Shown piece by piece: positions 17,234 to 26,168 of a stretch of DNA of 64,000 bases. Made by a program: the position numbers and the translations under genes. The stretch is from positions 211,561 through 275,560 of the forward strand of contig CAZAQV010000002.1 of the NCBI GenBank assembly GCA_964487255.1, in the 5' to 3' direction. The stretch's first letter is position 1, and every line of letters starts with the position of its first letter. Under the pieces are notes generated by a model. That model saw only the letters and a program-made list of their open reading frames with translations. It ran no database searches and was not told the origin of the DNA. Origin of the DNA: an uncultured Polyangiales bacterium. Its GTDB lineage: Bacteria; Myxococcota_A; Polyangia; Polyangiales; CAZAQV01.

Positions 17234-17833
17234 TTGGGGGAGCGACCGACCGTACTCGTTGTCGACGACAATGAGGTGATTTTAGAGATTATTGTGCAGC
17301 AACTTGCGCTGCACGATATCTACGTCGTTACGACCACGCGCTCGACCATCGGCGATGCGCTCGCCCAGGGCATCGACAACCTGATTGCATTCGTACTCGA
17401 CGTCGATATGCCAGACGTCGACGGAAGAACACTCTCGACCGCGCTTCGCAAGAACCCCAAGCACGACCGGGTGCCTATCATTTTCTTCACCGGAATGGAG
17501 CGGGCACGTGTCGAGAAGATGGCACAACGAATCGGCAACACCTCGGTGGTCTCCAAGTCCGAGGGCATCAATGGACTGTGGACGGAGATCTTGCGTGTCA
17601 CCGACATCGTCGTCGATGCCGAGGAGGTCGTAGATGGGGAGCCGGCACAAGCCATTTCGGACTTCGTCGACCTCGAAGACGATACTGACCACTCCCGAAG
17701 AACCGTCCAACCACCCGACGGGCGGCAGTCTCACGCGCGAATCTCATACCCCAATCGAGATTCTTTATCGTCGATACACAATCAGGTCACGACCAGGCCC
17801 CCAAAGATCGGGAACGATGACGGTCGGCGTTAA
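17234..17833 (+). CDS. Response regulator receiver with low-complexity C-terminal tail
   Basis: Receiver motifs are VLVVDDNEVILE, FVLDVDMPDVDG and IIFFTG. The start codon is TTG. Confidence 0.7.
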   Translation: MGERPTVLVVDDNEVILEIIVQQLALHDIYVVTTTRSTIGDALAQGIDNLIAFVLDVDMPDVDGRTLSTALRKNPKHDRVPIIFFTGMERARVEKMAQRIGNTSVVSKSEGINGLWTEILRVTDIVVDAEEVVDGEPAQAISDFVDLEDDTDHSRRTVQPPDGRQSHARISYPNRDSLSSIHNQVTTRPPKIGNDDGRR

Positions 17834-18506
17834 GCGCAAGAAGCTGCTCGCCGCGCTTGCTCTCGCGACATGGCTCGCCGCAATCGGCGTGGGCAACGCC
17901 ATGCTGTACAAATACTCTCTCACCCCAGGTGACGCCGGTGAGCGGCACGAGCTTTGGCCTCTTTCGGTCGAACTGCCACGCAACACAGAGCGCCAGACTT
18001 TGGTGATGGTTGCGCACCCTCATTGCAGCTGCACGCGCGCGAGTATCGCGGAACTATCGCGTCTCATGACTCGCCTTCAAGGACGCGTTCAAGCGTTCGT
18101 GCTCTTTGTCGTCCCAAGCGACGCAGATCGTGGCTGGGCAAAGACCGATCTTTGGCGCAGCGCAGACGTCATCGAGGGCGTCACCCCCGTTGTGGATATC
18201 GACGGAGCCATGGCAGAGGCCTTCGGTAGCAAGACCTCGGGGCAAACGTATCTTTACGACCCACAGGGCGTCTTGCGCTTCTCCGGAGGCATCACACCGA
18301 GTCGCAGCCACCAAGGCGACAGCGTGGGCCGCCAACAGATCATCCAGTGGGTCGAGACAAACTCTAACGAGTCGTCACAGAGTGCCGTCTATGGCTGCTC
18401 CCTTGAAGACGACGATGCACAAAATTTTCGGTTCCGGGAACTGCGCATGGCACAAACCCTCGGTTCCGGAGAAAACAAGCTGAGGTCACATGACAAAGAC
18501 AACTGA
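17817..18506 (+). CDS. Membrane-anchored thioredoxin-fold protein (C-x-C motif)
   Basis: ATG 17817 gives MTVGVKRKKLLAALALATWLAAIGV (TM anchor). The segment LVMVAHPHCSCTRASI carries the Cys pair, and the overall layout is TlpA/redoxin-like. Confidence 0.55.
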   Translation: MTVGVKRKKLLAALALATWLAAIGVGNAMLYKYSLTPGDAGERHELWPLSVELPRNTERQTLVMVAHPHCSCTRASIAELSRLMTRLQGRVQAFVLFVVPSDADRGWAKTDLWRSADVIEGVTPVVDIDGAMAEAFGSKTSGQTYLYDPQGVLRFSGGITPSRSHQGDSVGRQQIIQWVETNSNESSQSAVYGCSLEDDDAQNFRFRELRMAQTLGSGENKLRSHDKDN

Positions 18507-19836
18507 AAACCCTCAAGTTGAAGCACTGTTTCACGAACGATGGCAGATCATTCTAAAGAGAACCGACAAAATGTTCGCGACGCTGATGGTCGTCCAGTGG
18601 GTGGCCGCAATCGGGCTTGCGCTGTGGGTGTCTCCTCACGCGTGGGCCGGTAGAGAGAGCGTCATCCATGCCCACGTGTTCGCGGCGCTGTTTATCGGCG
18701 GAGCCATCAGCAGTCTGCCACTTTTCCTCGTATTCTATCGACCCGGTCACTTGTATACGCGCTACGTCATCGCTGCTGCGCAGATGTTGTGGGCGGGTTT
18801 ACTGATTCATCTGACCGGCGGTCGCATTGAGACGCACTTTCACATCTTCGGCTCATTGGCCTTTCTCGCGTTCTATCGAGACTTGCGCATTTTGATACCC
18901 GCCACCGTCGTCACCGCAGCGGACCACTTCATTCGCGGCCTGTACTGGCCCGAGTCGATCTACGGCATCGCCAACCCCGAATGGTGGCGGTTTTTGGAAC
19001 ACGCATGGTGGGTCATCTTCATCGACTTTTTCTTGATCACAAACTGCATTCAATCCTACCGCGACCTTTGGGGCCTTTGTGAACGCGAAGTAGAACTCGT
19101 TCAAGCGCAAGAGAGCGCAGTCCGGTTGGAACGGCTGGCAGCGGTGGGTCAGCTGGCCGCCAGTGTCGGGCATGAGCTACGCAACCCCCTTGCCGCGATC
19201 CGCAACGCACATGTTTACATCAGCCGTCAGCTCAAAAGCGATGCAGTCACAGGCCTCAATCCCCGCGTCGGCACCTTCCTCGACCTCATGGACCGCGAAC
19301 TCGACGCGAGCACGAAAATCATAGCCGATCTCCTCGACTTCTCCCGCGCTCGTGAGCCAGCTCGCACCTTATGCCCGCTTCAGCCGCTCGTGGATGAAGC
19401 CATCGAACTGATACCTGAGGAAAAAAAGGTGGGTGTGACGATTCGCAACGAAGTTGCAGCGGACCTACCCGTGCCGGCCGTCGACAAGGACCAGTTTCGA
19501 CAAGTACTGGTCAACCTTATCCAAAACGCTTCTGAGGCCGTGCAATCTCACAACGGTAGCGTGGCCATCGAGGCGGACGGCGGAAACGACCGCCCATGGC
19601 GAATCGTGGTTCGGGACGATGGCGGAGGTATCGACGCCGACGCACTCGAGAAGATTTTCGAGCCTCTTTTCAGCACAAAGACCAAGGGAACGGGTCTTGG
19701 GTTGGCGATCGTTCGAAGCATCGTGCAGCGGCACGGTGGCGACATCACAGTGACAAGCAGCAAAAGCAACGGGACAGTGTTCGTGGCGGAAATTCCGCCG
19801 CGTCCGGCAGAGTCCGCCAAGCAGGCGGCAGCATAG
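18490..19836 (+). CDS. Sensor histidine kinase with polytopic His-rich membrane sensor domain
   Basis: About 5-6 TM segments include GGRIETHFHIFGSLAFLAFYRD and EHAWWVIFIDFF. These are followed by the H-box SVGHELRNPLAAI and ATPase boxes (NLIQNASEA, DDGGGI, GTGLGLAIV). Confidence 0.85.
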   Translation: MTKTTENPQVEALFHERWQIILKRTDKMFATLMVVQWVAAIGLALWVSPHAWAGRESVIHAHVFAALFIGGAISSLPLFLVFYRPGHLYTRYVIAAAQMLWAGLLIHLTGGRIETHFHIFGSLAFLAFYRDLRILIPATVVTAADHFIRGLYWPESIYGIANPEWWRFLEHAWWVIFIDFFLITNCIQSYRDLWGLCEREVELVQAQESAVRLERLAAVGQLAASVGHELRNPLAAIRNAHVYISRQLKSDAVTGLNPRVGTFLDLMDRELDASTKIIADLLDFSRAREPARTLCPLQPLVDEAIELIPEEKKVGVTIRNEVAADLPVPAVDKDQFRQVLVNLIQNASEAVQSHNGSVAIEADGGNDRPWRIVVRDDGGGIDADALEKIFEPLFSTKTKGTGLGLAIVRSIVQRHGGDITVTSSKSNGTVFVAEIPPRPAESAKQAAA

Positions 19837-19845
19837 GGAATACGG

Positions 19846-20580
19846 ATGGATATTAAACGAATTATGTTGGTTGAAGATGAAGACTCCGTCAGGCTCACAC
19901 TGGCGGCCAATCTTGAGCTCGATGGTTTTGAGGTCGTGGAAGCCGAAAGCGCGGAAGAGGCACTGACTCTGCTCAAAGAGCACAAGGTCGATGTCGTGCT
20001 CTCGGACATTCGCATGCCGGGAATTAGCGGCGTCGAATTGTTCCGCGAAATCCGTCGACAGCACGCCGGCCTTCCCGTCATCTTGATGACGGCGTTTACG
20101 ACCGAAGAGTTTGTGGACCAAGCGATCGAAGAGGGCGTTTTCACCGTACTCTCCAAACCGGTAAACCTCGGAAAACTGGCGGGAACGCTTGAGCGCGCCA
20201 TCGAAACCCCGTTCATTCTCGTCGTCGACGACACGAAAGAAACCACGGCTCAAATCTCGGATGGCCTCGCGAAGCTCGGGTTTCGAACACGCTCTGCCTT
20301 CGATGCACAAGAGGCACTTGCCGCAATCCGCACTGGCTCCGTCGACGTATGTGTGACCCGCCTCACCCTCGACGAGCCAGGCGATGACAACATGATCGAG
20401 AAGATGCGCTCTCTCGATCCGGATGTCATCTGTATCGTGGTTGCAAAAGGAGACAACCAACCCAACGTCATTAACGCCACGCGCGCTGGCGCGTACTCCT
20501 GCATGAAAGAACCTGTAAGTATGCGGGACCTCCTACACAACATCGCACAAGGACGAGCGGCACGGGCGGGCGCGAGCTAG
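19846..20580 (+). CDS. Response regulator with a receiver plus a second, probably degenerate, receiver domain
   Basis: REC1 motifs are IMLVEDEDSV, VVLSDIRMPG and LMTAF. REC2 has ILVVDDTKE, but the acceptor position reads VDVCVTRLTLDE. Confidence 0.75.
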   Translation: MDIKRIMLVEDEDSVRLTLAANLELDGFEVVEAESAEEALTLLKEHKVDVVLSDIRMPGISGVELFREIRRQHAGLPVILMTAFTTEEFVDQAIEEGVFTVLSKPVNLGKLAGTLERAIETPFILVVDDTKETTAQISDGLAKLGFRTRSAFDAQEALAAIRTGSVDVCVTRLTLDEPGDDNMIEKMRSLDPDVICIVVAKGDNQPNVINATRAGAYSCMKEPVSMRDLLHNIAQGRAARAGAS

Positions 20581-20591
20581 AGGACGAACCG

Positions 20592-20939
20592 ATGTCCTCA
20601 AAGCGAATCTTGCTGGTCGACGACGACGACAGCAACCTGATGACCATGACCGCGTTGCTGGAAGATGAGGGTTTCGACGTTGCTTCTGCTCAGGCCTTGG
20701 ACCAGGCTCGCGTGCAGCTGCGCGACGAGGCTAGGTTCGATGCGGTCGTGTTGGACTACCACCTGGGCTCGGACAACGGGCTCGACCTCCTGCCCAATAT
20801 CGAGGCTCATCAACCTCGACCGAAGGTTGTGGTGATGAGCGGCTTCCAATTTGAGCAGTCCGTTCCGGGCGTAGACGCCGTTGCACTAAAGGGCGAGCAC
20901 TTCGACCGGTTCCTAGAAATGCTCACCGACCTGCTCTAG
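20592..20939 (+). CDS. Single-domain response regulator
   Basis: Receiver motifs are ILLVDDDDSNLMT, AVVLDYHLGSDNG and VVVMSG. Confidence 0.8.
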   Translation: MSSKRILLVDDDDSNLMTMTALLEDEGFDVASAQALDQARVQLRDEARFDAVVLDYHLGSDNGLDLLPNIEAHQPRPKVVVMSGFQFEQSVPGVDAVALKGEHFDRFLEMLTDLL

Positions 20940-20960
20940 ACGGCAAACACCTTCGCTGAT

Positions 20961-21347
20961 TCAACTGTCGACAAGGCCCAAGGCGTCCCGCAGGGCAATG
21001 CACGACTGGTCGTGCATCGACCTGAGGGCCTCGAGATCGATCGCGTCCAGTTCGCCGTTCTTTGCCGACATTTCGATCTGCGCAAGCATCGACGAGAGCC
21101 GGCTCGCACCGATATTGAGGCTCCCGCCCTTAAACGCATGCGCTGCGGAGCGACATGCCTCCGCGTCGGCTTGCTTAATGGAGCTCCTCAACGCTTCGAG
21201 ATACTCGCTCGCGGACCGCGTGTAGGTGTTGAACAACTTGTTTAAAAAACCGGGCCGTTTCGGCGTTTCCAGGCGTTTGAGCCGCGAAACAATGTCAACG
21301 TCCACAAGCGGTTTGGGATCCAAGTGGTCTGCTTCCGAAGTTGCCAT
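20961..21347 (-). CDS. Hpt (histidine phosphotransfer) domain protein
   Basis: AAHAFKGGSLNIGASRL contains the HxxKG phosphotransfer motif. The fold is predicted to be all-helical. The likely start is MATSEADH at 21347. Confidence 0.75.
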   Translation of the reverse strand: MATSEADHLDPKPLVDVDIVSRLKRLETPKRPGFLNKLFNTYTRSASEYLEALRSSIKQADAEACRSAAHAFKGGSLNIGASRLSSMLAQIEMSAKNGELDAIDLEALRSMHDQSCIALRDALGLVDS

Positions 21348-21491
21348 GACGCAAGTGAATTGTCCGCGCATCAACGACGAAGGTCAAGCTTTGTGGGTGC
21401 GTTCCCGCAAGCCTTTTATTATCGATATTGTCTATATGTATATTTCAACTATTGATTTGTTCAACACAGGGACTTTCGCTAGATTCTCAGC

Positions 21492-22940
21492 ATGTCGGCA
21501 CCGAAAAGGAAGACGAAGGTTGCGATCATAGGAGCGGGCACGGCGGGACTCAGCGCCCGACGTGAAGTTGCGAAAGAGACCGCTGATTATCTGGTGATCG
21601 ACGACGGCCCGCTCGGCACGACCTGCGCGCGCGTGGGCTGCATGCCGTCGAAGGTGCTGATTCAGGTCGCAAACGACTTTCACCGCCGTCATGCACTGGC
21701 CGAAGAAGGCATCGTCGGTGGCGCTGGCCTCAGCATCGACACCAAGGCGGCGCTCGCACACGTGCGAAAGCTTCGAGACCGCTTCGTGGCTGCCGTGCGC
21801 AGCGACATGCAAGAATGGGAGGACAAACTCGTGCGCAAGCGCGCCAAGTTCATAAGCTCCCACGTCCTGGAGCTCACAGCCGAGGGCGCGGAGCCCGAGC
21901 GCATCGAGGCCGAGCGCATCATTATCGCGACCGGTTCGAGCCCAGTCGTGCCCAAACCGTGGCAGGCCTTTGAACACCGATTGATCGATACCGACGCGTT
22001 CTTTGAGCTCGAGGACCTACCCGAGCGCGTCGTCGTCATCGGACTTGGGGTGATCGGTCTCGAACTCGGGCAGGCGCTGTCCCGACTCGGTGTCGAGGTG
22101 CAAGGTGTTACGCTCGACAAGCGCTTTGGCGGACTCAGCGATCCGGAGGTTCAAAGCTGCGTCTTCGAGGCCATCCAAAAGGAGTTTTCCGTGCACCTAA
22201 GCGCAGTCGAAAGACTCGCGGAGGTTGGTGGTGACCTGTTGGTCGAACTCGCCGACGGGACGGAGCTTCGCGCCGACGCCGCACTCGTGACCATGGGACG
22301 CCGGCCCAACATTCACAGTCTCGGCATCGAAGACCTCGGTGTTGACCTTAGCGCAGGGGCATCCGCGGTCGACCCAGGTACGTTCAAAGTCAGCGGGGAG
22401 CCTTGGTACATCGGAGGCGATGTTTACCCACATCGCCCGGTGCTTCACGAGGCCTCCGACGAGGGACGCATTGCGGGTTACAACGCGGTTCATGACGAAG
22501 ACCAATGCTTTCGACGACGCACACGTCTGACGATCACCTTTTCGGAGCCCAACATCGCTATGGTCGGGGAGACCTTCGAAGAGTTAGGCAAGCGCAACGC
22601 AGACTTTGTGATCGGTGAGGTCTCTTATCAGGGACAGGGTCGAGCCATCGTCAAGCTCAAAGAGACTGGGCTGCTGCGAGTGTACGCAAGTAGAAGAAGC
22701 GGAGCCATCTTGGGTGCAGAGCTTTTCGCACCTGACGGAGAACACCTCGCGCACCTCATCGCTTGGGCTCAAGCTTCGGATCTGACGGTCCGCGATGCAC
22801 TGAGTCTGCCTTTCTACCACCCGGTCGTTGAGGAGGGTTTGCGAACGGCACTTCGCTCAGCGGCACGCCAGTTAGACGACGAGCGATCACCGCTAGAGGT
22901 GCTGCGTTGCGCCGACCCACCCGTCGGTATCCGCGCCTAA
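21492..22940 (+). CDS. Dihydrolipoyl dehydrogenase-family pyridine nucleotide-disulfide oxidoreductase
   Basis: IIGAGTAGLSA is the FAD-binding motif and GTTCARVGCMPSK is the redox-active CxxxxC. VVIGLGVIGLELG is the NAD-binding motif, and a C-terminal dimerisation domain is present. Confidence 0.85.
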   Translation: MSAPKRKTKVAIIGAGTAGLSARREVAKETADYLVIDDGPLGTTCARVGCMPSKVLIQVANDFHRRHALAEEGIVGGAGLSIDTKAALAHVRKLRDRFVAAVRSDMQEWEDKLVRKRAKFISSHVLELTAEGAEPERIEAERIIIATGSSPVVPKPWQAFEHRLIDTDAFFELEDLPERVVVIGLGVIGLELGQALSRLGVEVQGVTLDKRFGGLSDPEVQSCVFEAIQKEFSVHLSAVERLAEVGGDLLVELADGTELRADAALVTMGRRPNIHSLGIEDLGVDLSAGASAVDPGTFKVSGEPWYIGGDVYPHRPVLHEASDEGRIAGYNAVHDEDQCFRRRTRLTITFSEPNIAMVGETFEELGKRNADFVIGEVSYQGQGRAIVKLKETGLLRVYASRRSGAILGAELFAPDGEHLAHLIAWAQASDLTVRDALSLPFYHPVVEEGLRTALRSAARQLDDERSPLEVLRCADPPVGIRA

Positions 22941-22963
22941 TGGCGTGATCGGGAAACACGGCG

Positions 22964-23920
22964 ATGGCAACTCTTCGACAACTCGAGTACGCCTTGGCGC
23001 TTGAAGAGCACCGCAACTTCGTGCGCGCAGCGCAGGCGTGCGAAGTGGGTCAACCGACACTGAGCACCCAGCTACAGAAACTCGAAGATGAGCTCGGAAT
23101 CGTACTCTTCGATCGCAGCCGCAAGCCCGTCGAACCGACGGAGGACGGCCATAAGCTGCTCGATCAGTTCCGACGTGTCATGCGCGAAAACGAACGGATC
23201 GAAGAGGTGGTTTACGAGCTGCGCGGTGTCGTCGCTGGACCCTACCGCCTCGGTATCATCCCGACCATGGCACCCACCATCTTGCCCGACCTGGTGGCCG
23301 CGATGTCCAAGCGCCACCCGGACGTCGAGTTGCGCCTCGAAGAGCTGACAACCCAGGAGATTATCGTTCGCTTGCAGCAAGAAACGCTCGACGGGGGCAT
23401 CTTGGCAACGCCCCTCGCCCACCCAAAGATCTGCGAGTTTCCCATCTGTCGCGAAGACTTCGTCGTTTATCACGCGCCCGAGCTTCAGCTGCCAACAGAC
23501 AAGAACGGTCGTGTGCGACTCACGCGCTTACCGCTCGAAAAGCTCGTGGTCATGCGCGACGGGCATTGCCTGCGCACCCAGACGCTCGACCTTTGCCAGC
23601 TCGACCAAAAGGCTGAGCACACGCAGTTCTTTACGTTTGAGGCCGGAAGCCTGGGGACCCTGTGTCGCATGGTCGAGCAGGGACCGTTCTTTACGGTGCT
23701 CCCCAAGCTCGCTGCGGCCGACCTTGAGGCTCGCGGTCGAGGACAATACATCAAGCCCATCGCCGGTTCCGTACCCTATCGCGAGATCGCAATCGTCGCG
23801 CACCGGGTCTCTACGCGCCGTGCTATTCGCGAAGCCGTGGGCGACATCTGCGGCCAAATCCTGCGTCGCGCAGAAAACCGCGAACGACGACATCGGGCGG
23901 CGCCAGTGCCGCCGTTATAA
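22964..23920 (+). CDS. oxyR: LysR-family peroxide regulator OxyR
   Basis: The N-terminal HTH is LRQLEYALALEEHRNFVRAAQACEVGQPTLSTQLQKLE. The OxyR-type redox Cys pair is in DGHCLRTQTLDLCQ. Confidence 0.8.
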   Translation: MATLRQLEYALALEEHRNFVRAAQACEVGQPTLSTQLQKLEDELGIVLFDRSRKPVEPTEDGHKLLDQFRRVMRENERIEEVVYELRGVVAGPYRLGIIPTMAPTILPDLVAAMSKRHPDVELRLEELTTQEIIVRLQQETLDGGILATPLAHPKICEFPICREDFVVYHAPELQLPTDKNGRVRLTRLPLEKLVVMRDGHCLRTQTLDLCQLDQKAEHTQFFTFEAGSLGTLCRMVEQGPFFTVLPKLAAADLEARGRGQYIKPIAGSVPYREIAIVAHRVSTRRAIREAVGDICGQILRRAENRERRHRAAPVPPL

Positions 23921-23936
23921 GCGCGCGAGTGGCGGA

Positions 23937-24311
23937 CTACGAGCCGCTCTCGTTTTCGAGGTCGTGGGTGCGCATCTGGCGCATCGTGCTCCTGCCCTCG
24001 AAACGCGCACCTTTTTCAATATAGAGATCCGGCGTATCGAGGTCGGCGTGCACCACGGCAGTCCGCAACAGTTCAATCGATTGCTCGGCGATGACCTTTC
24101 CGTGCAGCGTGCCGCCGAGCATGATCAGCGAGCCCACATGAATGACAGCGTCGACATCCGCGCCCTCACCGATCACGAGCGTCCCCTTGCCGCGAATCTC
24201 TCCCTTGAGCGTGCCGTCAATGCGTGTGCCATGCTCAAACACGAGCGAACCTTCGTAGCTGGCTCCCTTGCCAATGAGCGACTCGATCCCTTCCGTTTGC
24301 GTCTCACTCAC
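23937..24311 (-). CDS. Bactofilin
   Basis: A beta-helical repeat core (GKGTLVIGEGADVDAVIHVGSLIMLGGTLHGKVIAEQSIELLRTAVVHADL) is typical of the DUF583/bactofilin family. Confidence 0.85.
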   Translation of the reverse strand: MSETQTEGIESLIGKGASYEGSLVFEHGTRIDGTLKGEIRGKGTLVIGEGADVDAVIHVGSLIMLGGTLHGKVIAEQSIELLRTAVVHADLDTPDLYIEKGARFEGRSTMRQMRTHDLENESGS

Positions 24312-24907
24312 GGTCTAAGTTCCTTTCGCAGATCGCGCTCCAGCGAAGCCATACCTTCATCGTCATTGCGATAATACCCCCGGATGGTCGCCGTTGGATC
24401 CACGAGCACAAAATGTGTGGCGTGCAGGATATCGTACCCCTTTTCTCGCGCTTGCTTCTCGCCGATGGCCACTTTGAAACCTTGCTGGGCAACTTGCCCA
24501 ATCTGCCGCGTGTCTCCGGTCAAAAACCACCAGTTGTCGTGCTTTGCCCGTTGCTCCACGGCGTAGCGGCGAAGCACTTTGGGCGTATCGACCTCGGGGT
24601 CCACGCTGATCGAAACGAACTGAACGCCTTCTCCCAGGTCCTCTAGCTTTTTGTGGAGCGTCACTGCCCGTGAGGTCATGACCGGACACACGCTTGGACA
24701 GGATGTGAAAATGAAGTTCGCAACCGACCATTTCCCTCGCAAGCGCTCTACCGTAAAGGGTGTGTCGTTCTGGTCCACAAGCCCAAGCGACTGCACCTGC
24801 GAGAGCCTCGGCAAAGCCGGCTCCTGGCGGTCGCAACCCACCAAGCCAAGAGTCATCGTAACGACAAAGAACGGCGCCAGACGCCGCGATGAGCGTGCGG
24901 AGCCCAA
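24308..24907 (-). CDS. SCO1/SenC copper chaperone lipoprotein
   Basis: FIFTSCPSVCP is the CxxxC motif and HATHFVLVD is also family-typical. The TTG at 24907 gives (M)GSARSSRRLAPFFVVTMTLGLVGC, a good lipoprotein signal. The longer track ORF merely reads through the tandem repeat. Confidence 0.75.
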   Translation of the reverse strand: MGSARSSRRLAPFFVVTMTLGLVGCDRQEPALPRLSQVQSLGLVDQNDTPFTVERLRGKWSVANFIFTSCPSVCPVMTSRAVTLHKKLEDLGEGVQFVSISVDPEVDTPKVLRRYAVEQRAKHDNWWFLTGDTRQIGQVAQQGFKVAIGEKQAREKGYDILHATHFVLVDPTATIRGYYRNDDEGMASLERDLRKELRP

Positions 24908-25053
24908 ACAAGCCGATTTGCTACTTGCAAATCGCTGCTTGTGACGCGCTGCCGTGAAGAGCCGTAAGTTCAGCCGCGATGAGCGTGCGGAGCCCAAACA
25001 AGCCGATTTGCTACTTGCAAATCGCTGCTTGTGACGCGCTGCCGTGAAGAGCC
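24883..25053 (-). repeat. Structured intergenic repeat, copies E2a/E2b: perfect 81-bp tandem duplication
   Basis: 24883-24963 and 24973-25053 are identical, separated by 9 nt (90-bp period). Read on the minus strand: GGCTCTTCACGGCAGCGCGTCACAAGCAGCGATTTGCAAGTAGCAAATCGGCTTGTTTGGGCTCCGCACGCTCATCGCGGC. Confidence 0.85.
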
Positions 25054-25058
25054 ATGAG

Positions 25059-25961
25059 TCAGCGGGCATCGAGGAGGAGGACCGCAAAGAAAATCGGAAG
25101 GTAGAACAGCGAAACCACGAAGACGCGCCGAGCCCAGCGATCGTCCATGTCGCGCCACAAAGCAGGCAGGCACACCGCTGTGTAGGCCATGCCCAAAACC
25201 AGCGAAGTCACGGCATAGATCCAACCAGCCGTCCCGAAAAAGACGAGCGAGAACGAGATCGGCAAAAGCGACGCCGCCCAAACCGTCGCATGCACGGCAG
25301 AAAGCCTGTCACCCGCAACCAACGGCAATACACGCATCCCCGCGGCGGCATACTCGTCACGACGAAACGACGAGATCGCGATGACATGTGGAATCTGCCA
25401 AGCGAAAAGCACACCGAAAAGCGAAATCGCGGGCCAACTGATCTCATTCGTCGCGGCCGACCAGCCCATTAGTGGCGGCAGCGCTCCCGGCACAGCGCCC
25501 GCCAACACGGCCGTCGGTGTGAGCGTCTTCATCGGGGTGTAGATCGCAACATAGGAAACGATGGCACCCACCCCGAGCCAACCGGTGAGCGCATTGACGC
25601 CAAAGAAAAGCACTGGCAGCCCGAAAAGCGCCAGGGCGATGCCGAACATAAGACCTGCTCGCGGGGTGAGTCGCGCGTCGGGAAGCGGACGCTTTTGGGT
25701 GCGCGCCATGAGGCGATCCAGATCGCGCTCGACCCAGCAGTTGAGCGCGTTGGCAGCGCCTACAATGAGCAACATGCCCACAAGCGTGGCTGCCACTTTG
25801 GCGGCGCTAACGCTCACGGGTGCGATCCACATGCCGCCGGCGGCGGTGATCAGCACCATCAGGCTCACGCGTGGCTTGGTCAGCGAAACGAGGTCGCGGA
25901 CCTTGTCTGCGAGCGACGAAGAGTCGCTCGCTCGTTCCGTCATCGTGCCGGCGTCCGCCAT
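25059..25961 (-). CDS. ctaB: Protoheme IX farnesyltransferase (heme O synthase)
   Basis: The protein is a UbiA-family polytopic membrane protein. Diagnostic segments are LTKPRVSLMVLITAAGG, NCWVERDLDRLMARTQKRPLP and WQIPHVIAIS. Confidence 0.9.
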   Translation of the reverse strand: MADAGTMTERASDSSSLADKVRDLVSLTKPRVSLMVLITAAGGMWIAPVSVSAAKVAATLVGMLLIVGAANALNCWVERDLDRLMARTQKRPLPDARLTPRAGLMFGIALALFGLPVLFFGVNALTGWLGVGAIVSYVAIYTPMKTLTPTAVLAGAVPGALPPLMGWSAATNEISWPAISLFGVLFAWQIPHVIAISSFRRDEYAAAGMRVLPLVAGDRLSAVHATVWAASLLPISFSLVFFGTAGWIYAVTSLVLGMAYTAVCLPALWRDMDDRWARRVFVVSLFYLPIFFAVLLLDAR

Positions 25962-26168
25962 CGGTGCCGAATCCTGGGGTCAGCGCCCCTTGGAGTCAAA
26001 CGAAAAAGCCTGCACTTTTCGCTACATACTACTTTGCTCCCCCTGCCCACGTGCCAATCTGTGCCAGCGCCTGACATGCGCACCCCACACATACCGCGGC
26101 CACGCAGCTAGAACACCCAGAAACACACTCGGTCCAGGCATGGTTCGCATTTTGCTTTCTTGCCTTGC

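Noticed and set aside
19465-20460. 331-aa and 232-aa minus-strand ORFs
   Set aside because: They are antisense to the histidine kinase and response regulator genes, which carry canonical motifs.
21375-21491. OxyR binding site in the AT-rich divergent promoter
   Set aside because: The remembered OxyR consensus is ATAG-N7-CTAT repeated at 10-11 bp phasing, and it is not matched. Only two CTAT motifs 17 nt apart are present. I kept the region as an AT-island observation without naming a regulator.
24883-25053. Tandem repeats here, at 53317-53379 and at 61621-61685 considered as possible CRISPR arrays
   Set aside because: Each has only 2-3 units. The units are contiguous or separated by 1-9 nt, with no unique spacers of 25-40 nt. 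No cas genes are present in the window.
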